A stretch of 61,614 nt of DNA from Pyrinomonadaceae bacterium. GTDB lineage: Bacteria; Acidobacteriota; Blastocatellia; Pyrinomonadales; Pyrinomonadaceae. The DNA is taken from NCBI GenBank assembly GCA_036522475.1, contig DATDFT010000076.1:1-61614 (forward strand). Reading direction: 5' to 3'. The notes below the pieces were generated by a model. The model worked only from the letters and a program-made list of their open reading frames with translations, was not told the DNA's origin and did no database searches. This document shows, piece by piece, positions 34,274-43,359 of this stretch. Within the stretch, counting starts at the first letter, position 1; every line of letters starts with the position of its first letter. A program made the position numbers and the translations under genes.

Positions 34274-36640
34274 ATGGAAACTTTGCATCCAGGTGTCTAC
34301 ATCCAGGAAATCCCCAGTGGGCTGCGTCCTATTGAAGGGGTCAGCACATCGAATGCGGCCTTCATCGGCAAATCGCAAATGGGTCCGCTCAACCAGGCCA
34401 AGCTGGTGACGAACCCGCAGGAATTCGAAAACGCTTATGGCGGGTATTTAAGCGACAGCTCCCTGGCATTCGCTGTTCACCAGTTTTTCAACAACGGCGG
34501 GAAGAAGGCCTACATCGTCAGAGTCGCCGGCACAGGTGCGGTTGCAGCCGACATAAGTATCAAGGATCGGAAGGGAGCAAAAACGCTCACCATCGAAGCG
34601 GCAAACGAGGGAGCCTGGGGAAACAAGCTCGACGTTGTCATCACCGATGGACAATTGGATCCCGGCAACGAGTTCACCATCCAGGTTTATAAGGACCGCA
34701 GCGACCTGGTGCCGCCACTCTCCCCGCTCCTGCTCGAGACTCACAAAAATCTCAGCATGAATCCCGCTGCGAAGAACTACGTCGAGAACGTAGTTAACGC
34801 AAACTCGAAGTATGTGGCGATAACGGTCGATGTAACGAATAACGCGACTGCGAACGCCGGGACAAGTCGAAGTGGCCAACTATCTATAGGTAATGGCGCC
34901 GTCGCTTTGAAGCTCGGCATAGCCAACGGCGGAACTGAGGCTGCGGGTGGAGTTGGCACTAACGGAACGAGTCGAAGCGGCGCCACTCCTTCAACTAACC
35001 CGCCCGCCGATCAACGCAAGTTCCTGATCAACCTTGATGGTGACGGTGCCCAGGAAATAACGATTCCAGCCACAGCGGCAACGGGCGACGACATCGCAGC
35101 CGAGATACAAAAAGCAGTTCGCGCTCTGACTGCGAACACTCCTGCCAATCAGCCCGCGTTCGACGGTTTCACTTCTTCTTACGACGTTTCGGTCGCCGCA
35201 GGAAATCCGTCGTACAAGCTCTTCTCCGGCACCACGGGCGCAGGCTCTTCTGTCGTCGTAACCAACTCCGCTTCAAATGCGATCAGTTTACCTGCGGGTG
35301 TGAAAAAGTTTGTCATCGAAATAGACGGTGATGGACCACACGTTGTTACGCTATCGGCCGGAGCTCTGGCGAACGGTGCTGCAATTGCCACGGACATCCA
35401 GAACGCCGTCCAGGCGTTGATACCGAAGCGGGCTGCGAATACGGCGGCATTCAAACCACCGCCGGCTCCAGGATTTACCTGCACCTACGACACGTCTGCG
35501 GCCGCCGGCAATCCGTCGTTCTTACTGACAAGCGGAACCCCGGCAGGAGCCGGGAGGCTCAATTCCTCAGTGCGCGTGACTGACGCACCGAGTGACAACG
35601 TCGCCGCCACACTCAAGCTCGGACTAAAAAACACCGGCACTGAAATCGGTGGCTCGGCGATACTGCGTCCCGCTAATTCGAAGGTTCCAGGATTTCCCGG
35701 AGACACTGAATATCACCTGGGCGACGCGTCGGTAATCGGCAACGTCGCCGGCCCGCCTGTTTTCGGAAATGACGGTTCGCAGCCGCAGGCGGCGGATCAC
35801 AAAAATGGCTTTACGGCGCTCGACGTGGTTCGCGACGTCAACATCGTTGCTGTTCCCGGCATCGGCGACGCAGACGTAGTTGGCTTCGGAGCGAGTTACT
35901 GTGCGCTCCGTGGCGATTGTTTCTTCATTGGCGATACGAAAGTCGACGATGACACTGTCGAGGAGGCAAAGCTCTTTATTGACAGTCTCGATAAGACCTC
36001 GTACGCCGCAGTTTACTTTCCGTGGCTGAAAGTCTCTGACCCGACCGGGCAATCTCCTGAACCAATCAAGGTGCCACCGTCTGGTTTTGTGGCCGGCTTG
36101 TATGCGCGCATCGACGCGAAGCGCGGCGTGTGGAAAGCACCCGCCGGCACTGAAGCGAGCGTCAACGGTGCACTGAGTCTGTTGGCCGATATCACGGACG
36201 TCCAACAAGACTTTCTGAATCCGATCGGCATGAATGTCATTCGTCAATTTCCAGGTGCGGGCAGAGTGGTCTGGGGTACGCGGACTCTCGCCACTGTCAA
36301 AGACCCGGAATACCGTTATGTACCTGTGCGGCGAACGGCAATCTTCCTCGAGCAGAGCATCTACAACGGAATTCAGTGGGCCGTGTTTGAGCCGAATGAT
36401 GATGACCTGTGGGCCAGCCTGCGGCTCAACATCGGAGCGTTCATGACATTGCAATTTCGAGCCGGAGCATTTCAGGGCAAGTCGGCGAAGGATGCTTTCT
36501 TCGTCAAGTGTGACAACGAAACAACGACACAGGGAGACATCGACGCCGGCATCGTCAACATACTGGTCGGGTTTGCGCCATTGAAGCCGGCAGAGTTTGT
36601 CATCCTGAAGCTGACACAGATCGTGGGCCAGCAAGCCTAG
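34274..36640 (+). CDS. Contractile tail sheath protein (Afp2/Cis2-like) with a large inserted domain pair
   Basis: 788 aa. N-terminus METLHPGVYIQEIPSG and C-terminal block GVWKAPAGTEASVNG...NPIGMNVIRQFPGAGRVVWGTRTL are typical of the phage/CIS sheath family. An AAGGAGAA RBS is present. Confidence 0.95.
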   Translation: METLHPGVYIQEIPSGLRPIEGVSTSNAAFIGKSQMGPLNQAKLVTNPQEFENAYGGYLSDSSLAFAVHQFFNNGGKKAYIVRVAGTGAVAADISIKDRKGAKTLTIEAANEGAWGNKLDVVITDGQLDPGNEFTIQVYKDRSDLVPPLSPLLLETHKNLSMNPAAKNYVENVVNANSKYVAITVDVTNNATANAGTSRSGQLSIGNGAVALKLGIANGGTEAAGGVGTNGTSRSGATPSTNPPADQRKFLINLDGDGAQEITIPATAATGDDIAAEIQKAVRALTANTPANQPAFDGFTSSYDVSVAAGNPSYKLFSGTTGAGSSVVVTNSASNAISLPAGVKKFVIEIDGDGPHVVTLSAGALANGAAIATDIQNAVQALIPKRAANTAAFKPPPAPGFTCTYDTSAAAGNPSFLLTSGTPAGAGRLNSSVRVTDAPSDNVAATLKLGLKNTGTEIGGSAILRPANSKVPGFPGDTEYHLGDASVIGNVAGPPVFGNDGSQPQAADHKNGFTALDVVRDVNIVAVPGIGDADVVGFGASYCALRGDCFFIGDTKVDDDTVEEAKLFIDSLDKTSYAAVYFPWLKVSDPTGQSPEPIKVPPSGFVAGLYARIDAKRGVWKAPAGTEASVNGALSLLADITDVQQDFLNPIGMNVIRQFPGAGRVVWGTRTLATVKDPEYRYVPVRRTAIFLEQSIYNGIQWAVFEPNDDDLWASLRLNIGAFMTLQFRAGAFQGKSAKDAFFVKCDNETTTQGDIDAGIVNILVGFAPLKPAEFVILKLTQIVGQQA

Positions 36641-36692
36641 TGCGTTTTGAAAAAAACATCCACTTCAATTTTGATTGGCAGGAGAAACTGAA

Positions 36693-37193
36693 ATGGCACT
36701 ATTCACGGTAAATCCAACCCGCACGGCCCCGTATCGCGGCTTCAAGTTTCGCATCAAGATCGACAACGTGTACGTCGCGGGTATCAGCAAATGCAGCGCG
36801 TTGAAGAAGACTACGGAGATGGTTGAGTGGCGTGAGGGTGGAGATCCCAGCACCAGTCACAAGCTTCAGGGCAAGACGAAGTACGAGGCGATTACGCTGA
36901 CAGCAGGCGTCACTCACGATCTCACTTTTGAGACCTGGGCCAACTCGGTAAACAACTTCCTGGGAGACGGAAACGGCTCCAACAAGAACAGCCGGAAAGA
37001 CATCATCATCGATGTCTTCAACGAAAACGATCAGAAGGTGCTCTCTTACAAGGTATTCAAATGCTGGGTGTCCGAGTACCAGGCGCTACCCGAGCTCGAT
37101 GCGGGTTCGAATACGGTGATGATTACAACCATCAAGCTGGAGAATGAGGGCTGGGAGCGCGACACGTCGGTGACTGAGCCCACAGAGATCTAA
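36693..37193 (+). CDS. Contractile tail tube protein (T4 gp19 / Afp1-Cis1-like)
   Basis: Start moved to the ATG 6 nt after AGGAGA. YRGFKFRIKIDNVYVAGISKCSALKKTTEMVEWREGGD matches the conserved phage-tail-region tube signature. Confidence 0.9.
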   Translation: MALFTVNPTRTAPYRGFKFRIKIDNVYVAGISKCSALKKTTEMVEWREGGDPSTSHKLQGKTKYEAITLTAGVTHDLTFETWANSVNNFLGDGNGSNKNSRKDIIIDVFNENDQKVLSYKVFKCWVSEYQALPELDAGSNTVMITTIKLENEGWERDTSVTEPTEI

Positions 37194-37205
37194 CTCTTGA
37201 TCCGG

Positions 37206-38123
37206 ATGGAATCGCAAACCGCACAAATCTTTGACTTGCCAGGGGGGTATGTCGACGACGAGGGAGTCACTCATCGCGAGGTTGAGCTGGCTCCAGTTAC
37301 GGGGTTTGAAGAGGAGTTACTGGACAGCATTGGACCATCAGCGCGTTCAGCTCACGCACTGACGGCTTTGCTGACCCGCTGCCTGAGACGTATCGGCAAA
37401 CTGGCGCCAGTCACGGCTGCACTCGTGCGAGATCTGCTCATTAACGATCGAGAATTTCTGATGATGAAACTGCGTGAGCTCACTTTAGGAAAAGATCTCA
37501 AGGCAATAATTGTTTGCCGCGATCCGAAGTGCGCGCAGTCAATGGACATCGCCCTGAATCTCGATGACCTGAGGACGAATGTGAAGCCAGTCGATCGCCG
37601 CGTATTCAAGTTCGAGGTCGATGAAGCCGGAGAAACGTTTGCACTCGAGTTCCGGTTGCCGACAGGCGCGGATCAGGAAGCGTGTGCTGGTTTGGCCGCG
37701 GATCCCGAATCGGCGATCAACCAACTCCTGGCGCGAATTGTTCTGCGCGTGAATGACAACTGTTCCGTTGACGAGCAAACGATTGAAGCTCTTCCGTCCG
37801 GAGTGCTGAAGGAACTTGAACGACGAATAGAAGAGCTGGAGCCGCTTTTATCAATCGATCTCGAAGCTGCGTGTGTGGAGTGCGGTCAGTCTCTGGTGTC
37901 GCATTTCGACGTGACGTCGTTCTTCCTTGATGAGTTGCAACAGAACCGGCGTTTGCTCGAACGCGAAGTCCACTTCATTGCCTGGCACTATCACTGGCCC
38001 GAAAAGGAAATCCTGTCGCTGACGCGTCGCAAGCGCCGGCGATACATCGATCTAATCCAAAGCGACAGTTCGGTAGCGCTTGGCGCCGGCAGAACGATCG
38101 CGACGCTGCCGGCAAGTATTTAA
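37206..38123 (+). CDS. eCIS-associated protein with a Cys4 motif, in the tail-assembly-chaperone position
   Basis: 305 aa. It has CRDPKC (C-x4-C) and CVECG (C-x2-C). Its position after sheath and tube mirrors gpE-type chaperones in myophage tails. An alternative TTG start is at 37197. Confidence 0.5.
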   Translation: MESQTAQIFDLPGGYVDDEGVTHREVELAPVTGFEEELLDSIGPSARSAHALTALLTRCLRRIGKLAPVTAALVRDLLINDREFLMMKLRELTLGKDLKAIIVCRDPKCAQSMDIALNLDDLRTNVKPVDRRVFKFEVDEAGETFALEFRLPTGADQEACAGLAADPESAINQLLARIVLRVNDNCSVDEQTIEALPSGVLKELERRIEELEPLLSIDLEAACVECGQSLVSHFDVTSFFLDELQQNRRLLEREVHFIAWHYHWPEKEILSLTRRKRRRYIDLIQSDSSVALGAGRTIATLPASI

Positions 38124-38143
38124 CAAGGTGAGGTGCGAGTTGC

Positions 38144-39223
38144 ATGTCTGCTTACTTCGGAAATGGTTACTTCCTGAATATCCTGCAACGAGGTGCAGCT
38201 CCCGTTGGCAGGACGCACTCCGCGTTGACTCAGGCGCCGGTTAGATTGGAAGAAACAGTTACGACGACTTCTCACGCAGCGCCAGAAGTTTTCACACAGA
38301 CGTTTGCATCTCAAAACGATTCACTCGATCGTCCGCAGACGACTTCGACCGCTACTCAACCGCTCATAGAAGATCAACCAACAGAATCCCTGCACATCGA
38401 AGCGCCAGTAAGTCCGGTATTCGATATGCGCAGTCATTTCGAAATGACGCCGAACGCGACCCCGGAAGCGCGAGATACACCGGAATTGATCGCGCCGTTT
38501 CATTCGAGCGAGCCCGCGTCTCCGGCTTCGTTTGAAGTCACCGCGCATTCAACGATCGAACCTTTCGTACCAACTGTCGCTGACGAGTCGTTTGTCGCAA
38601 CTGAGAATCCACGCCCACGGCCCACGTCGAGCAGGGTTTTCGAATTGAGAATGCCGGAGAATTTTTTTGGTCACACAAGAGGCGAGACTTCGAGTGCTCC
38701 TGAGGTCAAACCGGCGCACATCGTTTCGGCAGTTCCCGATCTGCAAACCGAAAGTCAACCCGCAGTTGTGCATTTTCCAGAACCGGCAGTCCCCGCCGAA
38801 ATTACAAACGTAACGCAGACGCAGAGCGTAGTAATCCCTGAACGTACGAATGCGCTAACTGAAATTCAAACCATCGAACTGAGCCATCCTGGTCCAACCA
38901 GCGAACCGCAGGTGACTCCGCCACGACCTGTCGAAAATGAGGTTATGGTCCATGTGACCGCGCAACCCCCACGCCTCGTTGCCGCCGAGATTGTTGAAGC
39001 GCCAGACACCAAACCGAGAGTCGAACACACCTCAGCGCATCTGCAACCGCGACAGCCGTCGTTTGCGCCGGCTCCTGTGGTTCCGCCGGCGCGTCTGCAC
39101 ATCAACCGCGTGGACATCCAGGTCATAAACCAGGTTCCACCACCGCCGCCGGCAGCGCGTGTGCCGGATATTTCTCAACTGCTCGAGAAGAGGCACGCCG
39201 GCCGCGTCGAATTGCTCCTGTGA
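38144..39223 (+). CDS. Pro/Thr/Glu-rich low-complexity protein, in the tape-measure position
   Basis: 359 aa and largely low complexity. The C-terminus reads LHINRVDIQVINQVPPPPPAARVPDISQLL. The call is by position only. Confidence 0.4.
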   Translation: MSAYFGNGYFLNILQRGAAPVGRTHSALTQAPVRLEETVTTTSHAAPEVFTQTFASQNDSLDRPQTTSTATQPLIEDQPTESLHIEAPVSPVFDMRSHFEMTPNATPEARDTPELIAPFHSSEPASPASFEVTAHSTIEPFVPTVADESFVATENPRPRPTSSRVFELRMPENFFGHTRGETSSAPEVKPAHIVSAVPDLQTESQPAVVHFPEPAVPAEITNVTQTQSVVIPERTNALTEIQTIELSHPGPTSEPQVTPPRPVENEVMVHVTAQPPRLVAAEIVEAPDTKPRVEHTSAHLQPRQPSFAPAPVVPPARLHINRVDIQVINQVPPPPPAARVPDISQLLEKRHAGRVELLL

Positions 39224-39230
39224 GAAATGT

Positions 39231-40856
39231 ATGAGCTACCTGGCCATAGGTTCAGTAACAAAGAGCATAGCTGCGCTGCTGTCCGGAAAGTTGAACAAGC
39301 CGCAGCTCATGGGCAACGTGACGTTGAGAGTCACGACTTTGCCGCCCGACGACGCGCGTGTAGATGAAGCGGATGGAGTGAATCTTTTTCTGTACCGCGT
39401 TACAGAAAGTCCCTTTACCAAGAACATCGACTGGCGTGGCGATCGTTCGAACCCGACGCGGTCAAAACGGCCGCCACTCACTCTCTCGCTGCATTACCTG
39501 CTCACGGCGTATGCGAAGAAAGGTGACGGCACCGCCCAGGACGATATTACTGCACACCAGATTCTCGGGAATGCGCTGTCAATCCTGCACGAGAACGCCA
39601 CGCTCAACGATATTCACGACAGCGAATTCGATGCGGATCTGAACACAAATTTTGCCGCCGAGCTCAGAGACTCTTTCGAGAAGATCATCATCACTCCCGC
39701 TCCGATCTCGATGGAGGAGTTCTCGAAGATCTGGACCGGTTTGAGTAAAGCATATCGTCTCTCGTTCGCTTATGAAGTCTCGCTGGTCCAGATTGGTCCA
39801 TTGAATCCGCCTCAAGCACCCGCGCCCGCCGTACAGCAGATGTCACTTGCAGTCGGGACAATCGGACGCCCGCAGATCGGCGAAGTCAGTCCGGTTTCAG
39901 GCCAGGTGGGAACACAGGTCACGATCAAAGGCAGCGGTTTCAAGGTCCGCGGCATGACCACGATCGTTACTGTCGGTGAAGAACAGTTTGCCGAAGCCGA
40001 TCTGTTGAAACTCACCGCGAATGAAATCGTGGTCAAGATTCCCGAGGCGCCTCAGCGTGGTCCAAAACTGCCGCTGGTTGTTTCGGTGGGCGGAAGGAAC
40101 AGCGAGCCGGCCTCTTTTGAAGTGACGCCATGGATCGAAAGGATCTCGCCATTCAGAGGCGTCACGAATATTCCGATCACGATCCCGTTCGATGCCGCCG
40201 GCGCGGCAGTGACTGCAACGGTCGGAGGCGTAGCGGCTGTCGTGAACGTCGACGCTGCCAACAAGCTCGTGCGCGTCACTGTACCTAACGCGATCACTGC
40301 GAATGGGCCGCAGCTCGTGGTGTTGACCCTGGCGCCGGGCGGGAACACCAACGCCCGAATCTACGAACTCATTCCGCTGATCCTTACAGCGACCGTGACT
40401 CCGGATATCCCCGCCGGCAAGACCGCCATAACCATAACGGGCCGCCGCCTTGCCGGAACTGATGTGAAAGTGAAGTACGGAAAACTTCTCATCAAAAAGA
40501 TGACGACCGCCACAGCGACTCAGATCGATCTCGAAGTGCCGCGAATCCTGCCGACTACCGACCCTGTCTCAGTGCTGATCGATAACCGCGAATCAAATCT
40601 CTTGCCGCCGCAAATTCAGGAGATCGATCCGTCAGAAGCATTTCCGGGAGGTCAGATCAGGATTAGCGGCGCGGGTTTGAGTGGTGAAGCCGTCTCGGTC
40701 AGTTTCGGTGCGGTGAACGTGAACCTGAACGCGCAGCCGTTTTCGAGTCAAATCAGCATTGCCGTTCCCGACCCGCTTGGTCCAGGCGTAGTCGCGGTCA
40801 AGGTTACGGTGAACAGCATAGACAGCAATACGCAAAACTTAACGGTGCTTGGGTGA
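39231..40856 (+). CDS. Tail terminator/cap protein (DUF4255, Afp16/Pvc16-like) fused to ~4 IPT/TIG-like Ig domains
   Basis: Start moved to MSYLAIGSVTKSIAALL. DUF4255 hallmarks are VNLFLYRVTESPFTKN and LSLHYLLTAY. The C-terminal half holds PQIGEVSPVSGQVGTQVTIKGSGF, PWIERISPFRGVTNIPITI, ITITGRRLAG and PQIQEIDPSEAFPGGQIRISGAGL. Confidence 0.8.
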   Translation: MSYLAIGSVTKSIAALLSGKLNKPQLMGNVTLRVTTLPPDDARVDEADGVNLFLYRVTESPFTKNIDWRGDRSNPTRSKRPPLTLSLHYLLTAYAKKGDGTAQDDITAHQILGNALSILHENATLNDIHDSEFDADLNTNFAAELRDSFEKIIITPAPISMEEFSKIWTGLSKAYRLSFAYEVSLVQIGPLNPPQAPAPAVQQMSLAVGTIGRPQIGEVSPVSGQVGTQVTIKGSGFKVRGMTTIVTVGEEQFAEADLLKLTANEIVVKIPEAPQRGPKLPLVVSVGGRNSEPASFEVTPWIERISPFRGVTNIPITIPFDAAGAAVTATVGGVAAVVNVDAANKLVRVTVPNAITANGPQLVVLTLAPGGNTNARIYELIPLILTATVTPDIPAGKTAITITGRRLAGTDVKVKYGKLLIKKMTTATATQIDLEVPRILPTTDPVSVLIDNRESNLLPPQIQEIDPSEAFPGGQIRISGAGLSGEAVSVSFGAVNVNLNAQPFSSQISIAVPDPLGPGVVAVKVTVNSIDSNTQNLTVLG

Positions 40857-43090
40857 GCAAGACGATCAAACCATTTCAGAATAGTTGGGAGCATCTGGCG
40901 GCGGAGTTCGCTTACCTCGATCTGCTGTTGCGACGCGAGGTTTTGCGTTGGCGACGCGGTCTGCCGAAGCAGAGTCAGGACATCTTCAAGACGGTTTACA
41001 TCACTGACGACGAGATAGACCAGTTGCTGGGCGACACCGCAGACGCGACCGCCGCGGATTACTCGCAGTTGGAAGCGATCGAAGCTGCCGTTGTCGCGGT
41101 CCGCGCTGAGATCGAGCAACGCAAACAGGCCAGCCTCGAAAAAGGCATTTATCTATCGTTGCCACAACTCACAAAACTGTTCCACTTGACTCCCGGCGAA
41201 GAGCAGATGGTCATGATCTGCTTTGCGCCGGAGTTCGAGCTGAAGTACGAGCGTATCTACGCTTATCTCCAGGACGACATCTCGCGACGCCGTGTCAGCG
41301 TCGATCTCATCCTGCGATTGCTGTGTTCATCGGTCGATGAACGAGTCCGGCTGCGAACGTTTTTCTCGCCGCAGTCCATTCTTTTCAGTTCGCACATTCT
41401 TCATTATCACGAGACGGACGAGCACCACTTGCCCGCGCGGACCATCAGGCTTGACGACCAAATCGCCAACTTTCTGCTCGGCATCGCGGAAACTGATAAC
41501 GAGATCGCCGCGTGCACGCAGATCTTCAACCCCGAAGACGCGCAGCCGGCCTTCGAGTGGCCTGACGATCGCAAGTCAAGACTGAGCGAAATCACCGTCA
41601 AACACTATCGCGAACACGACCAGCAACTGAGTAAGTTGATCTTTCATTTGCACGGTCGCGAGGGCGTCGGTAAAAAGTCGCTCGCCGGAGGTATTTGTGC
41701 TCAGTTGCACGTGTTGATGTTGGTTGTAGACGTGAGGGAACTGTTCGAACGTTCCCAGAACATTGCCCACACATTGCGAAAGATCTTTCGTGAAGGGATC
41801 CTGCGACCCGCAGCCATCTACCTGGACCACTTCGAAAAACTCCTCGAGGACGAGACGAAGTCCAACACTTTGCTGCGAGCGCTGCTGAGCTCGATCAACG
41901 AATTTTCGTGGTTGACTTTTATCGCGACTGAAAAACCGTGGGAACCGGCGGGTCTCTTTCAACAGCACAGGTTTTTCACGGTTGAGTTGCCGCTGCCGAA
42001 CGTGACCGCGCGTGCTGAACTGTGGCGAGTGTTGGGCGAGTGGCATGGTGTCGATCTCAACCTGAGCGTTTGTTCAGAACTGGCCGCGAAGTTCAGATTG
42101 AGTCCGGGGCAGATGCGAAACGCGCTCATCACGGCGCGCGACCATGCGCACCTGCGCGCGGATGAGTCTGCGATCACTGTCGCGGACGTCTACAGCGGTT
42201 GTCGTGCGCAGTCGAACCAGCGCCTCGGGATGTTGTCACGCAAACTCACGCCTTCTTTTACCTGGCCGGACATCGTCCTGCCGCGGAATTCGATGGACCA
42301 GCTTCGCGAAATTTGCGGACAGATGCAGCATCGCCAGACCGTGTATGGCTCGTGGGGTTTTGGCGAGAAACACTCACTCGGCTTGGGACTCTGCGTGTTG
42401 TTGTTTGGGCCGAGCGGCACCGGCAAGACTATGGCGGTCGAGATCATTGCAAACGAGTTGAACGTTGATGCCTACAAGATCGATCTCTCGACTGTAGTCA
42501 GCAAATACATCGGTGAGACTGAGAAAAATCTTAACCGGCTTTTCCACGAAGCCGAGACCAGCAACGCCATCCTCTTCTTCGATGAAGCGGATGCGCTCTT
42601 CGGCCGGCGATCGGAAGTGAAGGACGCTCACGATCGTTACGCTAACATTGAAATCAATTACCTGCTGCAACGAATGGAGGAGTTTAGAGGTCTCGCAATT
42701 CTCGCTACCAACCAGCGCAAGAATATTGACGAAGCGTTCTTCCGGCGCATGCACTTCGCGGTTGAGTTTCCCTTTCCGGACCAGGCGGATCGGCTGGCAA
42801 TCTGGAAACAACACTTTCCGGCGTCAGCTCCGGTTGCCGGCGATATCGATTTCAACTTCCTTGCCGGTCAATTCAACGTTGCGGGTGGAAATATCAAAAA
42901 CATCGTGGTCAATGCCGCGTTCCTGGCGGCGGCTAACACCGGCGTCATCGGCATGACACAACTGGTCCAGGCGACGCGGCGCGAATTTCAGAAGATTGGC
43001 CGGCTCTGCACTGACGCTGACTTCGCTCCGTATCACACGCTGGCTCTCGAATCGAACGTGAATAACAACGATGGACTCCGCAGGACTTGA
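40853..43090 (+). CDS. eCIS AAA+ ATPase (Afp15/Cis15-like), with one degenerate and one canonical AAA module
   Basis: 745 aa. The degenerate P-loop is HGREGVGKKS. The canonical module has Walker A GPSGTGKT, Walker B ILFFDEADALFG and LATNQRKNIDEAFFRRM. A GTGA overlap joins it to the cap gene. Confidence 0.9.
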   Translation: MSKTIKPFQNSWEHLAAEFAYLDLLLRREVLRWRRGLPKQSQDIFKTVYITDDEIDQLLGDTADATAADYSQLEAIEAAVVAVRAEIEQRKQASLEKGIYLSLPQLTKLFHLTPGEEQMVMICFAPEFELKYERIYAYLQDDISRRRVSVDLILRLLCSSVDERVRLRTFFSPQSILFSSHILHYHETDEHHLPARTIRLDDQIANFLLGIAETDNEIAACTQIFNPEDAQPAFEWPDDRKSRLSEITVKHYREHDQQLSKLIFHLHGREGVGKKSLAGGICAQLHVLMLVVDVRELFERSQNIAHTLRKIFREGILRPAAIYLDHFEKLLEDETKSNTLLRALLSSINEFSWLTFIATEKPWEPAGLFQQHRFFTVELPLPNVTARAELWRVLGEWHGVDLNLSVCSELAAKFRLSPGQMRNALITARDHAHLRADESAITVADVYSGCRAQSNQRLGMLSRKLTPSFTWPDIVLPRNSMDQLREICGQMQHRQTVYGSWGFGEKHSLGLGLCVLLFGPSGTGKTMAVEIIANELNVDAYKIDLSTVVSKYIGETEKNLNRLFHEAETSNAILFFDEADALFGRRSEVKDAHDRYANIEINYLLQRMEEFRGLAILATNQRKNIDEAFFRRMHFAVEFPFPDQADRLAIWKQHFPASAPVAGDIDFNFLAGQFNVAGGNIKNIVVNAAFLAAANTGVIGMTQLVQATRREFQKIGRLCTDADFAPYHTLALESNVNNNDGLRRT

Positions 43091-43106
43091 AATCGGTGAA
43101 GTACGA

Positions 43107-43340
43107 ATGCTGTACCAGGGCGAAGGCATCTCGAGCCCGCGCGCAGAACTCATCACGCGCCGTGCGTTCGAGATTTTTCAGGACATCGTGGAGACGGACG
43201 TGCAGCGAATTAACCGCGAGCAAGCGATCGAATATCTGGTAGTACCGCCGATTGAGGTCTCCTTCGCGCAGATGCCGGACGAGGCCATTGCGCAAGCAAC
43301 TGCCGAGACACTCTTTCGTGCGCTATTGAACGTGATTTGA
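43107..43340 (+). CDS. Small conserved-looking protein (77-89 aa), unknown function
   Basis: ORF 43071..43340 overlaps the ATPase 3' end. The internal Met gives MLYQGEGISSPRAELITRRAFEIFQDIVE... No domain is recognised. Confidence 0.45.
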   Translation: MLYQGEGISSPRAELITRRAFEIFQDIVETDVQRINREQAIEYLVVPPIEVSFAQMPDEAIAQATAETLFRALLNVI

Positions 43341-43343
43341 AAA

Positions 43344-43359
43344 TGGAGACTGCTTTGCA
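43344..43359 (+). promoter_or_regulatory. Candidate internal sigma-54 (-24/-12) promoter
   Basis: TGGAGACTGCTTTGCA has exact GG-N10-GC spacing and a consensus -12 TTGCA. The -24 element is TGGA rather than TGGC. It starts 4 nt after the stop at 43340 and lies 275 nt upstream of the next gene. Confidence 0.35.

Noticed and set aside
35624-36634. Long antisense ORFs inside confident genes. Examples are 35624..36634, 21415..22323, 45406..46155, 16856..17653, 16408..17058, 12454..13146, 28048..28671, 25254..25859, 20629..21186, 41576..42046, 49341..49961 and 53628..54164
   Set aside because: Each lies wholly within, and opposite to, a gene with strong family motifs. They are Arg/Ser/His-rich, as is typical of GC-rich shadow frames.
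36689-36705. TGGCAC at the tube gene start as a sigma-54 -24 box
   Set aside because: The TGGCAC includes the ATG start codon itself. No TTGC follows at the required 11-nt offset.
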